Virus record (IMG/VR): IMGVR_UViG_3300030372_004539
Coordinates: 1-37,873 of that record
Strand: one strand, 5' to 3'
Source of the DNA: a virus
Lineage: Duplodnaviria; Caudoviricetes
DNA length: 37,873 nucleotides
Made by a program: the position numbers and the translations under genes. The notes beneath the pieces are model-generated. The model saw nothing but the letters and a program-made list of their open reading frames with translations. It had not been told where the DNA came from and ran no database searches. Shown one piece after another: positions 16,915 to 26,532 of this stretch (position 1 is its first letter; every line of letters starts with the position of its first letter).

Positions 16915-18230
16915 TGAGCCACTCTCATAAAAAATCAATCAGGGTTCTCACCGACGTTCAGATGTCTGATGGCACCGCTGTTGATGGAACCAGGGTAGAC
17001 AGAGCCCTTGGAGAGTCAGTAGACAGGTTTAACAACCTTGAGCAGGGAGACTTTTCAGAGCAGTTTACAAAGTCTAGCTTTGTTTTTGGAATGCAGCCGT
17101 CTCCCATAGTCCCGGTGCCTAAGTCCACTGTTGCCGGCAGCGGATCAAACCTTCCTGGCTTTGGCGACATTAAGTGCGTCATGACAGACGCCACGTCATA
17201 TCCAATATCTGGCCAGTGGCTTCCTTGGCTCCCCATTGTTAACCAGAAGTATAGCTCTCACGCGACAAACATATCCGGGGCCAACTACCCAGAGAAGTTT
17301 GCCCAAGAGGCTGGCTACACTCCGCCAGATGGATTCCAGAACAAGTGGAGGATGAAGGGGACCAACGTTGTTGGCCGCAATGACATACAGCTTGGACCGC
17401 CCGACATTCTGTCTGAAGAGATGTCACAGGACCGGCGGTGGCATACTTTGGCGTGGCAAGACGCTTGGTCTGGCAAGGCCGATGTAACAACCTATGACCA
17501 AGAGACTTGGGAGCCCAGGCCGGAGAGAGCTTGGCAGTTTGCCTGGTCCCACTCCTGGGAGTTTAACGACCCCGTAATCCTTGATGACATTATGCTGTTT
17601 GTCAGGACTGACAAGCCCTGGCCTGAAGACGACAAGTACGCAGCGGGGAGCACCTCTGGGTGGTACGACGCCCCTTATGAGTATAGGTCTAACATTAGGG
17701 ATGGGGCCGACTTCACTCAGTTTGCAGCCAAGGATGTGATGTTTCAGGTTTCTGTCGACAACCCCTTCTCTACTGAGGAGAGAGAGTACAACGACATTGA
17801 GGCCACGTTTAACAGCAGAGACATGGGTGCTTACAAGGCTAGTCAGCAGCCTAACACTCAGATTCAATACTTTGATATGCAGCCTCAGTCGCCTGATTTT
17901 AACACAGGGACAAGCACGGGTGATGGCTTACAGGGAAGGATGATTCGGGTGTCTGGCCTTAACATTCCTGTAAGAAAGGGTGCGCGGGTAAGGTTTTCTG
18001 TGATCCTCCCGTGGTACGTCCCAAACACAACCTCTGCCGGCTACAATTCTCAAGTATCAATGACAAGAGGAATGTCGCCCAGTAGGTGGGGGGCCAACAC
18101 GGTTCCTGCCACGGTTATGTCTAAGACCATGGAGCCAACACCTTTTGGCGGCACCAGCCTTATGGGGGCACCCTGGGACAACTGCTCTATTAACGGGTGT
18201 CTTACAATCCTAGAGCCTCTGGAAGAATAA
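16914..18230 (+). CDS. Putative tail/virion structural protein
   Basis: 438-aa beta-rich ORF, TAATG-coupled within the tail module. Confidence 0.55.
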   Translation: MSHSHKKSIRVLTDVQMSDGTAVDGTRVDRALGESVDRFNNLEQGDFSEQFTKSSFVFGMQPSPIVPVPKSTVAGSGSNLPGFGDIKCVMTDATSYPISGQWLPWLPIVNQKYSSHATNISGANYPEKFAQEAGYTPPDGFQNKWRMKGTNVVGRNDIQLGPPDILSEEMSQDRRWHTLAWQDAWSGKADVTTYDQETWEPRPERAWQFAWSHSWEFNDPVILDDIMLFVRTDKPWPEDDKYAAGSTSGWYDAPYEYRSNIRDGADFTQFAAKDVMFQVSVDNPFSTEEREYNDIEATFNSRDMGAYKASQQPNTQIQYFDMQPQSPDFNTGTSTGDGLQGRMIRVSGLNIPVRKGARVRFSVILPWYVPNTTSAGYNSQVSMTRGMSPSRWGANTVPATVMSKTMEPTPFGGTSLMGAPWDNCSINGCLTILEPLEE

Positions 18231-20284
18231 TGGCCAAGGTAACCAGAAAGAAGATACCCAGAGGGGTAGAGCTAACTCCTGATCATGCCTTCGAGCCAAT
18301 CGAGGATATGAAAGATGAGATCGTCGCATCTGGAGTTGACGCTAATCAAAGAAAGAGAAAGTACAGCACGTTCAGGCTGAACTTCAACGTGCCCTGGCTG
18401 GACTCTAAGTACTTCTACGACAACAGAACTCCTGGCTCTGATGAGCAAAGCTTTGACATAGACGCCCCGTTTTACATCCCGTTTTGCCTGCCTCCTTTGC
18501 AGGACGTGTTTGACGGAGAAGACCCCAGGATAACAAAGGGAGTGCCGATCCCGGTGCTTACTTCTGTTGGGCTTTCTTTTGACCAATCAGACGAGCCTGC
18601 GGCTATCCTGTCTAAATGGTACGGAAAGACCCCTCTCGCAGACGGCAACCCTGGGGATTACTTCTCGTCGACAGCCGTTCACAATGGATACCAGATAGCC
18701 CTGTTTACCGGCACAAACGGCAACCCAGCAGTCGTAGGCACAACCGAGTACGGCGCAGCCGCGCAAACGCCAAGGGTCTTTACCACGCCTCCATTCATGG
18801 GGATGAAGAACTACCTTAGGACAGACGCCTACGACATTGAGTTGTCCATTCTAGAGAAAGAGCAGATGTTCTTCTCTAAGGGCTCTGTTGACGCCAGGAC
18901 ATCCCGTGCTCTTACCAAGCCCACTGGAGAGCTATTGTCCCTGTCGTTCCCTGGCACTAACTACATAGCTAAGAGCGAAAGAAGGAACCCTCTTACATAC
19001 GAGGGGGTTAACAAGGAGATCAACCCATACAAGACGTACATGCTTTGCATAAAGGCCCCAAACCTTCATGACAAAGACATTACGAGAAGAGAGCACTGCG
19101 CGATTGTAAACCTGTGGGTAACGCTCAAGTTTAAGATTGAGCTAACGGACAGAGACGCCGGGGATAACATTCAAAACATTCCGGCGCATCGAGGATCTAA
19201 GAGCGCCCCCGATGTTACGGTAACAAAGCCAACCGCAGGCAATCTTATTACCGCTGATGACTCTGGAACCCAGGGCGTTGTAAGCGGGGTTGGGCTTGAG
19301 GCAATAGACAAACAAGTCAGGAACAAACTGAGGGGAGGCTACGGAGAGTTCTCAATGACTCACCAGGCGGAGGCCGTAAAGCAAGACGCTGCCTATGAGG
19401 TTCTCACGGTTCCCCTCGGCCAGGGGTTTGCCTTTAACAGAATGTCTGTAAGGGACGACTACCCATTTGCTCCCTATGTCAGGGGCCCGTTCTACGCTGA
19501 CTTGCCAGCGGGCGCTCCGGGCGGGCTTGTGCTTAACCCTTACGTCGACAGAAGGATCATCCCGATAACCCACCCCATGACAATCCACCATGTAGTGTTC
19601 GCCATGAACTACACCTCTGATAGGCTCTTAATGGCCACAGAGGGGCCGTCAAACGCGTCAGCAGGAAGGTCTGCGTGGAGGAACATGTCGGAGCCAACCG
19701 ACACTATTAAGTACGAGGTTGGTGTTGGAATGATATCCGGCGTAAGGGGTGACGCATTTAACTACGCTCAGGTGGCGTATTCAACATGGGTTAACAACAG
19801 CAGCGCAGAGCTATCGGATGGGCAGATAGATTCTGTTAACCTTGGCCTTCGGGCAGTAGACGCGTTCAACGAGTATAAGCTTTGGTCTGTCCCGCTGGTG
19901 CTGGAGACAGGCAAGAACGGCGCAGGGTACTGGTCGCAATATGCGGCAGCGGGCAAGGGGCTAAACGGGAAGCCTTATTACGTTGGAGAGTCCAACACGT
20001 ATACGCACGCCAGGACAACCATTGGCGGAGTAGGCGGAGCCGCAGGCACGTACGCTTTTTCTGGCGGCGCTGTTGGGGATGGCAATGGGACGGAGCAGTA
20101 CCTAGAGGTAAGGCTTTCAGTGGACCCAACAAACGCAGGCGCTAACATTCCGTACGCCTTTGACTCAGGCGAGCCAGCAGCAGAAAGAGTTGAATGGCAG
20201 TCCACCGCCTTGAGAGAGACTGACTTAGCTATTGGCTATGGCGGGTGCTGGCTATACATTATTGGTAAGAAACACGTTACCTAG
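18230..20284 (+). CDS. Putative tail/virion structural protein
   Basis: ~684 aa, beta-rich; start moved to the TAATG-coupled ATG at 18230. Confidence 0.55.
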   Translation: MAKVTRKKIPRGVELTPDHAFEPIEDMKDEIVASGVDANQRKRKYSTFRLNFNVPWLDSKYFYDNRTPGSDEQSFDIDAPFYIPFCLPPLQDVFDGEDPRITKGVPIPVLTSVGLSFDQSDEPAAILSKWYGKTPLADGNPGDYFSSTAVHNGYQIALFTGTNGNPAVVGTTEYGAAAQTPRVFTTPPFMGMKNYLRTDAYDIELSILEKEQMFFSKGSVDARTSRALTKPTGELLSLSFPGTNYIAKSERRNPLTYEGVNKEINPYKTYMLCIKAPNLHDKDITRREHCAIVNLWVTLKFKIELTDRDAGDNIQNIPAHRGSKSAPDVTVTKPTAGNLITADDSGTQGVVSGVGLEAIDKQVRNKLRGGYGEFSMTHQAEAVKQDAAYEVLTVPLGQGFAFNRMSVRDDYPFAPYVRGPFYADLPAGAPGGLVLNPYVDRRIIPITHPMTIHHVVFAMNYTSDRLLMATEGPSNASAGRSAWRNMSEPTDTIKYEVGVGMISGVRGDAFNYAQVAYSTWVNNSSAELSDGQIDSVNLGLRAVDAFNEYKLWSVPLVLETGKNGAGYWSQYAAAGKGLNGKPYYVGESNTYTHARTTIGGVGGAAGTYAFSGGAVGDGNGTEQYLEVRLSVDPTNAGANIPYAFDSGEPAAERVEWQSTALRETDLAIGYGGCWLYIIGKKHVT

Positions 20285-20296
20285 GAGACAATCATA

Positions 20297-20809
20297 ATGA
20301 AGCCACCCAAAAAGGCCGGAGCAGTTAGTCAAGAAGAGCTACGCCGTGGCGCAGCAACAGACGCCCTTAGATCTCGCTTTACCTCTGAGCTTGAGGAGAT
20401 CCCAGCGGCCATTCAAAGAGGCGCAGCCCAGGCCGCAGCTATGGGAATGAGAGGCCGAGGCCGAAGCATGGCTGGGTCTGCGGCGTCTAGGCAGGCCATG
20501 GGTGACGCTGCTGCCAAGGGGGCAATTGCGAAGACCGAGGTCACCCAGCAAATACAAGAGGCCCAGAAGCAAACCGCCGGTAAAAAGAAAGCATTCTTGG
20601 CGGAGATCGAAGAGCTAAGAAAGGCTAAGCGATACGACAAGCAGTCTGTCCAAGAGCTACGGTCTATCTATGGAGATGACCCGGAGATGCTTTCGTTTAT
20701 TGACGCGCAAGTCGCCAAGGCTCCCAATAAATCTCAGGCCAAAACAGAGGGTGAGCGAAACATTGGCCATGATATTAAAGAGGGCGTTAAGTACCTCAAG
20801 TTTTGGTAG
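20297..20809 (+). CDS. Putative internal virion (ejection) protein 1
   Basis: Ala/Gln/Lys helical ORF, first of three increasing-size helical genes; AGGAG RBS. Confidence 0.5.
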   Translation: MKPPKKAGAVSQEELRRGAATDALRSRFTSELEEIPAAIQRGAAQAAAMGMRGRGRSMAGSAASRQAMGDAAAKGAIAKTEVTQQIQEAQKQTAGKKKAFLAEIEELRKAKRYDKQSVQELRSIYGDDPEMLSFIDAQVAKAPNKSQAKTEGERNIGHDIKEGVKYLKFW

Positions 20810-20816
20810 GTGACGG

Positions 20817-22481
20817 ATGGCAAGGATTCTCCCAGGATCGCTCGGAAGAACCTTTTCCGGCGTAGATAAGACGGCCAGGCTCTCGCAGCCCATTAGCCGT
20901 GCGGCTGCACCAGATACTCCGCATGGCTTTGACGCCTTGGCGGAGACGCTGCAGCACCCTCTTACCAACATGGCTGTCGCAGGCATCTCTAGGATTGGAG
21001 ATGAGATGGCCTACTCCAAGGCCGTAAGCGAAGAGAAAGAGAGGGTAGAGCAAGCAAGGCAGGCCAGAGAAGAGGCCATGCAGCAGGCTCAAAACATCTC
21101 TCAGTACAGGCAGACGCTTGAGCAAAGAGCACAAGACCCAATGCTCCAGTTTGCCATCGAGAACGCCCAGAAGTTTGAGGGAGAGCAGCAGCAGCCCATA
21201 AACCTCGGGCCAGTAGGGAACGTCCAGACTGGCATGACAAGCACTGGCGTGCCCACCGCTCAGGCAATGGGCGCTGTGGCAATACCCACTGCTCCTGGCT
21301 ATATGGGGTACAACCACGAACAGCTACTCAGGATGGGAGAGCAGCAGGCAGAGCTAGATGCTATGCGCCAGCAAGAAGCCGCTGCCATGCAGGCAATTGG
21401 TCCTGAAGTTCAGGAGCGGTTTATCCCCAAGACCTCTGCTGAGTTCCAGGCGGCTATGGCTGCTGAGACAGACCCTGCTCGACGACAGCAGCTACTGGCG
21501 GAGTCTACACGCGCTGTAGATGTTCAGCCACAGTCTGTAATGCAGGCCCTTACTGGAGCAGCCAAGAGCAAGATCCAAAAGGGAGTAAGGGAGGCAGGCA
21601 TCGCGGCAGACAAGGCCTCACTTGATGCAGCCAAGCTAGAGCTTGAACAGCAGAAGGCCATGATCAAAGCCATGCTAGATCAGGCCGAGCTTGACCGTAA
21701 GCTTGCTGATGATGAGAGCAAAAGACTCAAGCGAGATTCGGAGATCAAGCTTAACGAGGCCAAGCTAAAGAAGTTCCAGCGCAGGATGGCCGCATCTATG
21801 CGGAGGGGTGGTGGCAAGAAGTGGTTCCTCGATTACGTCAGAACCAAGTGGGGAGGAGACTTCTCCGCTGCCGTCAAAGACCCTGCCTTTATGAGCGGCC
21901 TAGCCAATGCAGCGCCTAATGATAAAGAGTTTAATAGCGCCCGTAAGATCATCGTAGATCACGCCAACAAGACCGGGCTTAAGGACGACTCTAAGAAGAT
22001 GGCCATTAACAGTGAGATCGCCTCTGTAGATCGCGGCCTGAACAACAACATGTCAGCACAGGTAACGGCTATAGAGCAGCAGGCACAGGCAAGGGGTGCC
22101 CTGGATGCAATGACCCCCCTAGTCGCCAACGTACTTAAACGGCCCGAGCCCGGGCAGCGCCCAGTAGAGGGCTTTATTAGCACCACGCAGCCGCTGCCAC
22201 AGGCTTGGTATGCCGACGGTAAAGTTATGAATGCGCTGGCTGGGAAAAGCGGTGATCTACAGAAGGCAGCCCGAGAGCAAGCGCAGAAGCTAGAAGGGGC
22301 GGCGGAGAAGTCTAAAGATCTAACCCAAGGCTATGACAGCTTGCTCGAAAAGCGCAAAAACCTAGACGGAACCTTCTCAAGGGTGGTTCCTCCTGCTCAG
22401 GCACAAACCCAACCGCAAGCCCAGCCCATGACTCAATCGCAGGCAGCGGCTAATGCCGGCTACACCATTGAGCTTGAGTAA
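20817..22481 (+). CDS. Putative internal virion (ejection) protein 2
   Basis: 554 aa, Gln/Ala-rich coiled coil. Confidence 0.55.
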   Translation: MARILPGSLGRTFSGVDKTARLSQPISRAAAPDTPHGFDALAETLQHPLTNMAVAGISRIGDEMAYSKAVSEEKERVEQARQAREEAMQQAQNISQYRQTLEQRAQDPMLQFAIENAQKFEGEQQQPINLGPVGNVQTGMTSTGVPTAQAMGAVAIPTAPGYMGYNHEQLLRMGEQQAELDAMRQQEAAAMQAIGPEVQERFIPKTSAEFQAAMAAETDPARRQQLLAESTRAVDVQPQSVMQALTGAAKSKIQKGVREAGIAADKASLDAAKLELEQQKAMIKAMLDQAELDRKLADDESKRLKRDSEIKLNEAKLKKFQRRMAASMRRGGGKKWFLDYVRTKWGGDFSAAVKDPAFMSGLANAAPNDKEFNSARKIIVDHANKTGLKDDSKKMAINSEIASVDRGLNNNMSAQVTAIEQQAQARGALDAMTPLVANVLKRPEPGQRPVEGFISTTQPLPQAWYADGKVMNALAGKSGDLQKAAREQAQKLEGAAEKSKDLTQGYDSLLEKRKNLDGTFSRVVPPAQAQTQPQAQPMTQSQAAANAGYTIELE

Positions 22482-22483
22482 AG

Positions 22484-25400
22484 ATGCCAACGTATAAAGT
22501 CACCGCGCCCGACGGCAGGGTTGTAAGGCTTACTGGGGACAGGCCTCCAACCAAGGAGGCGTTGGATCAAATCTTTGCGGCTGCACCAGACCAGCCCCAA
22601 GCCGCCCCAGCCCCAGAGCCACAACCGGAGACCCCGCTCGGTAGACTAAAAGAACAACGCACCCTGTCTCCTGAGCAGATAGCAACTCTCCCCACAGGGA
22701 CTGCTATCGGGTCTGGCCTTTACGTGTATGACCGCCAGCCCGGTCAGCCTGAGATGACAAGCGCAGAGGGCTTTAGAAGGGCGGCCATGACCCAGGCCCC
22801 TACGGTGGCTACGGCTACAGAAAGAGACCCTTTTGGCTCTATCCTTCCTCCGGTGGCGTCCGGCATAGGTCAGCCCAAAGACGCACAGTCTGTATTCCTA
22901 GAGGCCACTGCGCGAGAGGCGTCCAAGAGGGACTTACTCAAGCAGCAGGAAGAGGGCATTGGCTCTAGTGCGCTTAGGGATGTTGGTGAGGTTTTCGGAA
23001 CAGACGTCCTTGCTGAGCAGTACGGGGCTCCTCCTCAGGAGATGGTTAAGACTGATGCAGGCGCTGTTCCTCGCCAAGATGAGGCGTCGTTTGCCAGCGC
23101 ATTCCCAGGAGAGGTAGCCGCCTGGTATGCAGACCTATTAACCGATCCCGTTAGCACCGCTAGGTACAACCCTGTTGAGGCTGGGCTTGAGGTCATAGGC
23201 CTTCCTGGCGTTGCCAGGGGCATCACAAAGCTCAGAGCCATGGGCAAGGTCAAGGAGGCTGATGCTGCTGTAGATGCGGTTAAGACTGCTAACAAGGCAA
23301 AGCATGTTGATGATCCAGTCGCCGCGTCTAAGGCTGGTCTTGATGAGCCACCACAGGGCTCAGTGCTAGACGAGCTACTTGAGGGGACGGTGGTCGCATC
23401 AGGCCCTGCCATTAAGGCCATGAAGTCTAGGAGCGGCGTGGCTACAGAGGCCCTCATTGAGTCAGCAAAAGCAGACGAGATAGCGCGAGAGGCTAACCCA
23501 GATCTGTTCCTGGGAGAACGAAGTGGCGCTCCAGTCAGGACTCTAAGGAAGCAAGACCTAGACAAGCTAAGGCGTGATGGCGCAAGCATGAAGCCCAATA
23601 TGCCAAGTCATGAGCAGCTTCTTATCGACGCCATGGACAAGGGCCTGGATACGGCAGAAGGCGCAGCCGCCACCGCAAATAAGATTCTTAACAATAACGA
23701 AGTGGGAACCCTTCAGGAGGTGGCCGGTCTTTGGTCGAGGCTGGTAACTGTTGCTGACGAAGAGTCTTTGTATAAGACGCTAGCTGACTCATACACCGCT
23801 ATCGGAGAAGTGGTCCCGGCTGAGGTTGTTAGGGTTGGGAATGATCTGGCACAGGAGATTGTCGACCTATCCGCAGCGGCCAGCAAGGCAGCTACCGTCG
23901 CATCCCATAGGCTGGCATTGCAGAAGATGGGCAAATCTGCCACCGCTATTGAAAACCTCATATCAAGAGGCACCGCCCAAAAGGGGGCTCAGCTAAGCCT
24001 TGAAGAGACCAGGGCCCTTAACGTCTTTGCATCCAACGCTAAGGCGATCCAAAGCAAAGTCGACGACATACTACTGGCCTCAGCCAAGAGGCAGGGCAAG
24101 GACGTTAGCGACCTTATCATCGACGGCACAGGCATTCCGACTAGCGCGAGCGGTAAGGAGATCGACGACCTTATGGCTCAGTACGGGGCGCGTGAGCGCA
24201 ACGCAGAGCTAGCATCCCGTGCAATCAACAGGCTCAACCCCAACCACGGCTCAGGTGCCAGCGGGTTTATTAAGAACAACTTCATGGCTATATCCACAAT
24301 CCCTAAGATGATTATGGCCGGGGCAGACCTAAGCTCCAGGCTACGTCAGGGCATCTGGGGACATATCGTAGCGCCCAACGCCCAGATGGAAGGGTGGAAG
24401 GCCATGATTAAGTCTGCAAAGCCTGGGTTTGCTGGCAAGGTTCGCCATCCCACGATGCCAGACAAGCTCATCACCTCCAGAGACTACGCTCTCCTTAGCC
24501 AGCGCAAGGCCCTTACTGGCATGTACGAGGGCATCTCTAAGGAAGAGGCCGCGCGTGAGCAGGTGATCAACAAGTTCATCAGGATGATGGACATTAGCTT
24601 CACTGGTATTGGAGATGCGAGAGATCCTCTTAACGTCATAGCCGGCAAGAAGGGTGGGCTTCTCCAGGGCTTTAACAACAGGGAGGAGCTATTTGTTGGC
24701 AACACAACAGGGATGCTGCTTGATCTTCTAGACGCCCAGCTACTGGACAAACCATCCCGCGTTAAAGGCGCTGCTATTACAACAGCCAAGCAGGCGGCTA
24801 GCCTCCTTAAGAAGTACGGAGAGTTCTCAGAGCGAACCTTCGCCATCGGGCTTAACCATGACAGGCGCAACGCTGCCATCAGGTTGCTAGGCCTAGAGGA
24901 CATGAACGCTGACGAGCTAACCAGTGCTTACAATGCGTACATGAAGAGGTTTGGGAAGAAGGGCTTTAAGTCTGTCGGAGATTTGGTCAACATCACATAC
25001 GGTCGAGGCAACCTGTTAGATCTAGAAAAGGCAGGCTTTTGGAACGCGGCTCTTAACATGATTATGTTTAGCCCACGCTTTGCCATGTCGCGATTTCAAA
25101 ACGTCCTGTTCCCGTTCATCGACTTCCAAACCCTTAAGGCTGAGAAGAAGCTAAGGTCTCCTGTCCTGGCCAAGATGCTAGACCCTAAGAACTTTGCCGC
25201 TGGCGTAGCGGAGGGTGCGGCCATTGGCCTGTCTCCTACAGGAAAGAACAGCAGGCTATTCAAAGCAGCGCGTAAGCTTAGGAATCCAGACTACATCGAT
25301 GACGTAGACGACATCGTAGTGCGAGAAGCCATGCTGGCATCCACCAGGATTGCTGCTGCTATTGGTCTCGCCAACCTTGCGGGGGATACCTTCTTTGACA

Positions 25401-25891
25401 AGGAGCTATTCTCCACGGACATGAACTCTGGCAGTGACTGGCTTAAGCTTAAGACCCCGGGAACAAACACGAGGCTTGACCTGCTTGGTGGGCTTCAGGG
25501 CCCAGTCCGGCTTATGTCTACCCTGTACACGGGGAAGAGATACAACCTGGCTGGAGATGAGGCCGAGCTAGATAAAGACTTTGGCTACACCAGGTACAAC
25601 GAGATGGGCCGGTTTATGAGACAGAAGATGTCTCCTCAGGCCTCGTTTCTCTGGGATCGCGTTGTCGGCAAAGACTTTAAGGGTGAAGAGACTGACATTG
25701 TGCAGACTGGTGTTCAGTCCGTAACCCCGATTATCCTCCAGGATATGATTGAGTCGGGGCTGGTTCCTTTGCCTAACATGGTTCAGGAGCTATATGGCGC
25801 TGAGGGGTCTCAGCTAGGTCTAGACTCTCTTCTTGTCCTTCCTGCCATCTTTGGCGTTGGATACTCAGACATTGAACCAAGGATGAAGTAG
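22484..25891 (+). CDS. Large internal virion / DNA ejection protein
   Basis: 1135 aa, all-helical; N-terminal PTYKVTAPDG motif; C-terminal region with hydrophobic segments typical of podovirus ejection proteins. Confidence 0.6.
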   Translation: MPTYKVTAPDGRVVRLTGDRPPTKEALDQIFAAAPDQPQAAPAPEPQPETPLGRLKEQRTLSPEQIATLPTGTAIGSGLYVYDRQPGQPEMTSAEGFRRAAMTQAPTVATATERDPFGSILPPVASGIGQPKDAQSVFLEATAREASKRDLLKQQEEGIGSSALRDVGEVFGTDVLAEQYGAPPQEMVKTDAGAVPRQDEASFASAFPGEVAAWYADLLTDPVSTARYNPVEAGLEVIGLPGVARGITKLRAMGKVKEADAAVDAVKTANKAKHVDDPVAASKAGLDEPPQGSVLDELLEGTVVASGPAIKAMKSRSGVATEALIESAKADEIAREANPDLFLGERSGAPVRTLRKQDLDKLRRDGASMKPNMPSHEQLLIDAMDKGLDTAEGAAATANKILNNNEVGTLQEVAGLWSRLVTVADEESLYKTLADSYTAIGEVVPAEVVRVGNDLAQEIVDLSAAASKAATVASHRLALQKMGKSATAIENLISRGTAQKGAQLSLEETRALNVFASNAKAIQSKVDDILLASAKRQGKDVSDLIIDGTGIPTSASGKEIDDLMAQYGARERNAELASRAINRLNPNHGSGASGFIKNNFMAISTIPKMIMAGADLSSRLRQGIWGHIVAPNAQMEGWKAMIKSAKPGFAGKVRHPTMPDKLITSRDYALLSQRKALTGMYEGISKEEAAREQVINKFIRMMDISFTGIGDARDPLNVIAGKKGGLLQGFNNREELFVGNTTGMLLDLLDAQLLDKPSRVKGAAITTAKQAASLLKKYGEFSERTFAIGLNHDRRNAAIRLLGLEDMNADELTSAYNAYMKRFGKKGFKSVGDLVNITYGRGNLLDLEKAGFWNAALNMIMFSPRFAMSRFQNVLFPFIDFQTLKAEKKLRSPVLAKMLDPKNFAAGVAEGAAIGLSPTGKNSRLFKAARKLRNPDYIDDVDDIVVREAMLASTRIAAAIGLANLAGDTFFDKELFSTDMNSGSDWLKLKTPGTNTRLDLLGGLQGPVRLMSTLYTGKRYNLAGDEAELDKDFGYTRYNEMGRFMRQKMSPQASFLWDRVVGKDFKGEETDIVQTGVQSVTPIILQDMIESGLVPLPNMVQELYGAEGSQLGLDSLLVLPAIFGVGYSDIEPRMK

Positions 25892-25893
25892 CC

Positions 25894-26532
25894 ATGAGAA
25901 CTAAGCCTAGGCTTGAAGACCTGCACCCGTGGTTGCGCTGGCGTCTTAATGAGTTGGCGGTTGCCCACCGTGCGGCCAATGTTGATACCTCTCTTTGCCT
26001 TATCTGGGGTATCAGGTCTGTTCGCGAGCAGCAGGCTGCGTATAAGGCTGGCCGCTCAAAGCTAGACGGTGTTCGGAAGTTTAGTCTTCACAACTACTCT
26101 CCGTCTTTGGCTGCTGATGTCTGGGTCTACTCTAATGCAGACGATGAGGATCCTGAGATCTACGAAGGTAGGCCCAAGAGAAGCGACGGGCTAAGCCTTG
26201 AGCTTCTACAGAAGGGCAGCCTTAAGAGGTGGTACATTCCTCTTGGCAAGCTAGCTGAGGACATCGGCCTAGAGGCAGGGGCCTTGTGGCGTACATTCAG
26301 GGACGGGCCTCATGTTCAGGTGCCTAAGAAGCAACGCATGAAGCTTGTGCAGGAGGCCCTTAACGCTAAAGGCTTTGATGTTGGCCCCTCTGATGGCATT
26401 ATTGGGCCACGCACTAGGGCGGCTATTGCAAAGGCCAACAAGGAGGCTGGGATCTTGGGCACGTTTAAGTCAAGGCTTATGCCCGTTCATCCTGACCTTT
26501 GGGCGTGGCTTCACGCGGAGGATGTCGCATGA
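25894..26532 (+). CDS. Endolysin: M15-type L-Ala-D-Glu peptidase plus C-terminal PG-binding domain
   Basis: G.RS..EQ, SLHN...AAD and DGPH.Q zinc motifs; VQEALNAKGF...DGIIGPRTRAAI PG_binding_1 pattern. Confidence 0.88.
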   Translation: MRTKPRLEDLHPWLRWRLNELAVAHRAANVDTSLCLIWGIRSVREQQAAYKAGRSKLDGVRKFSLHNYSPSLAADVWVYSNADDEDPEIYEGRPKRSDGLSLELLQKGSLKRWYIPLGKLAEDIGLEAGALWRTFRDGPHVQVPKKQRMKLVQEALNAKGFDVGPSDGIIGPRTRAAIAKANKEAGILGTFKSRLMPVHPDLWAWLHAEDVA

